Positions 63,611 to 64,000 of a DNA stretch of 64,000 nucleotides are shown here, one piece after another. The stretch comes from Geosiphon pyriformis uo1. Taxonomy: Eukaryota > Fungi > Glomeromycota. The stretch's first letter is position 1; every line of letters begins with the position of its first letter. The translations under genes and the position numbers were made by a program. The stretch spans positions 447,696-511,695 of the forward strand of contig JAAOMT010000602.1 of NCBI GenBank assembly GCA_016748015.1, read 5' to 3'. Below the pieces are notes generated by a model that saw only the letters and a program-made list of their open reading frames with translations, was not told the origin of the DNA and did no database searches.

Positions 63611-64000
63611 TCATCATTATTTAATACGTGTAATAAATATTGGTTATTAAAATTTATATTAGTTTATATATGTGTAAATATTTAAATTATATACTAATTA
63701 TATAATTTTATAAACTTATCAAAAAATGAATTAATGAATTGCTTATACTGTATATTTTGATTTATTAAATATAAATGAATAAAAATTATTTTAAAATCAT
63801 GTCTATATATAATTTTCACAAAAATAATGAACTATGTTTTTAAATATACATTAAAATTTTTAAAGATGAATTAATTGGCTGTTCATTATTTATAATATCC
63901 AAAGAACAGTTTTCTAGTATAATTTTAAAGATATTAAGATTAGTCTTAAATTACCAAATTTAAAATAAGTCAAAAATAAAAATAAAGTTTAATATTCCAA

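Overview
This is eukaryotic, AT-rich fungal DNA. The intron-rich genes and repeat style suggest an early-diverging fungus such as Glomeromycotina (possibly Geosiphon-like); this is inference only. Bases 1-53.6 kb form one nest of at least six related Ty3/Gypsy LTR retrotransposons from three LTR families, plus an inverted solo LTR. Element D (+) contains element A (-), which contains a three-LTR B/C composite (-). D also contains element E (+), which contains the solo LTR and the youngest element F (+). Four insertions are confirmed by 4-bp target-site duplications (TSDs). The copies share an unusual layout: long Gag, protease, a Cys-rich unknown domain, dUTPase, a degenerate dUTPase-like domain, RT, RNase H, STOP, then a separate integrase ORF, then a conserved ORF3 ending at the polypurine tract. 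The copies are decayed by C>T/G>A transitions in both CpA and CpG contexts. Element F is scrambled by six 20-N scaffold gaps. Bases 55.4-62.1 kb hold three intact spliced genes: COP9 signalosome subunit 2, a BCL7-like acidic protein head-to-head with it, and a CASTOR/GATS-like ACT protein. A 5'-truncated LINE lies at about 62.9-63.6 kb.
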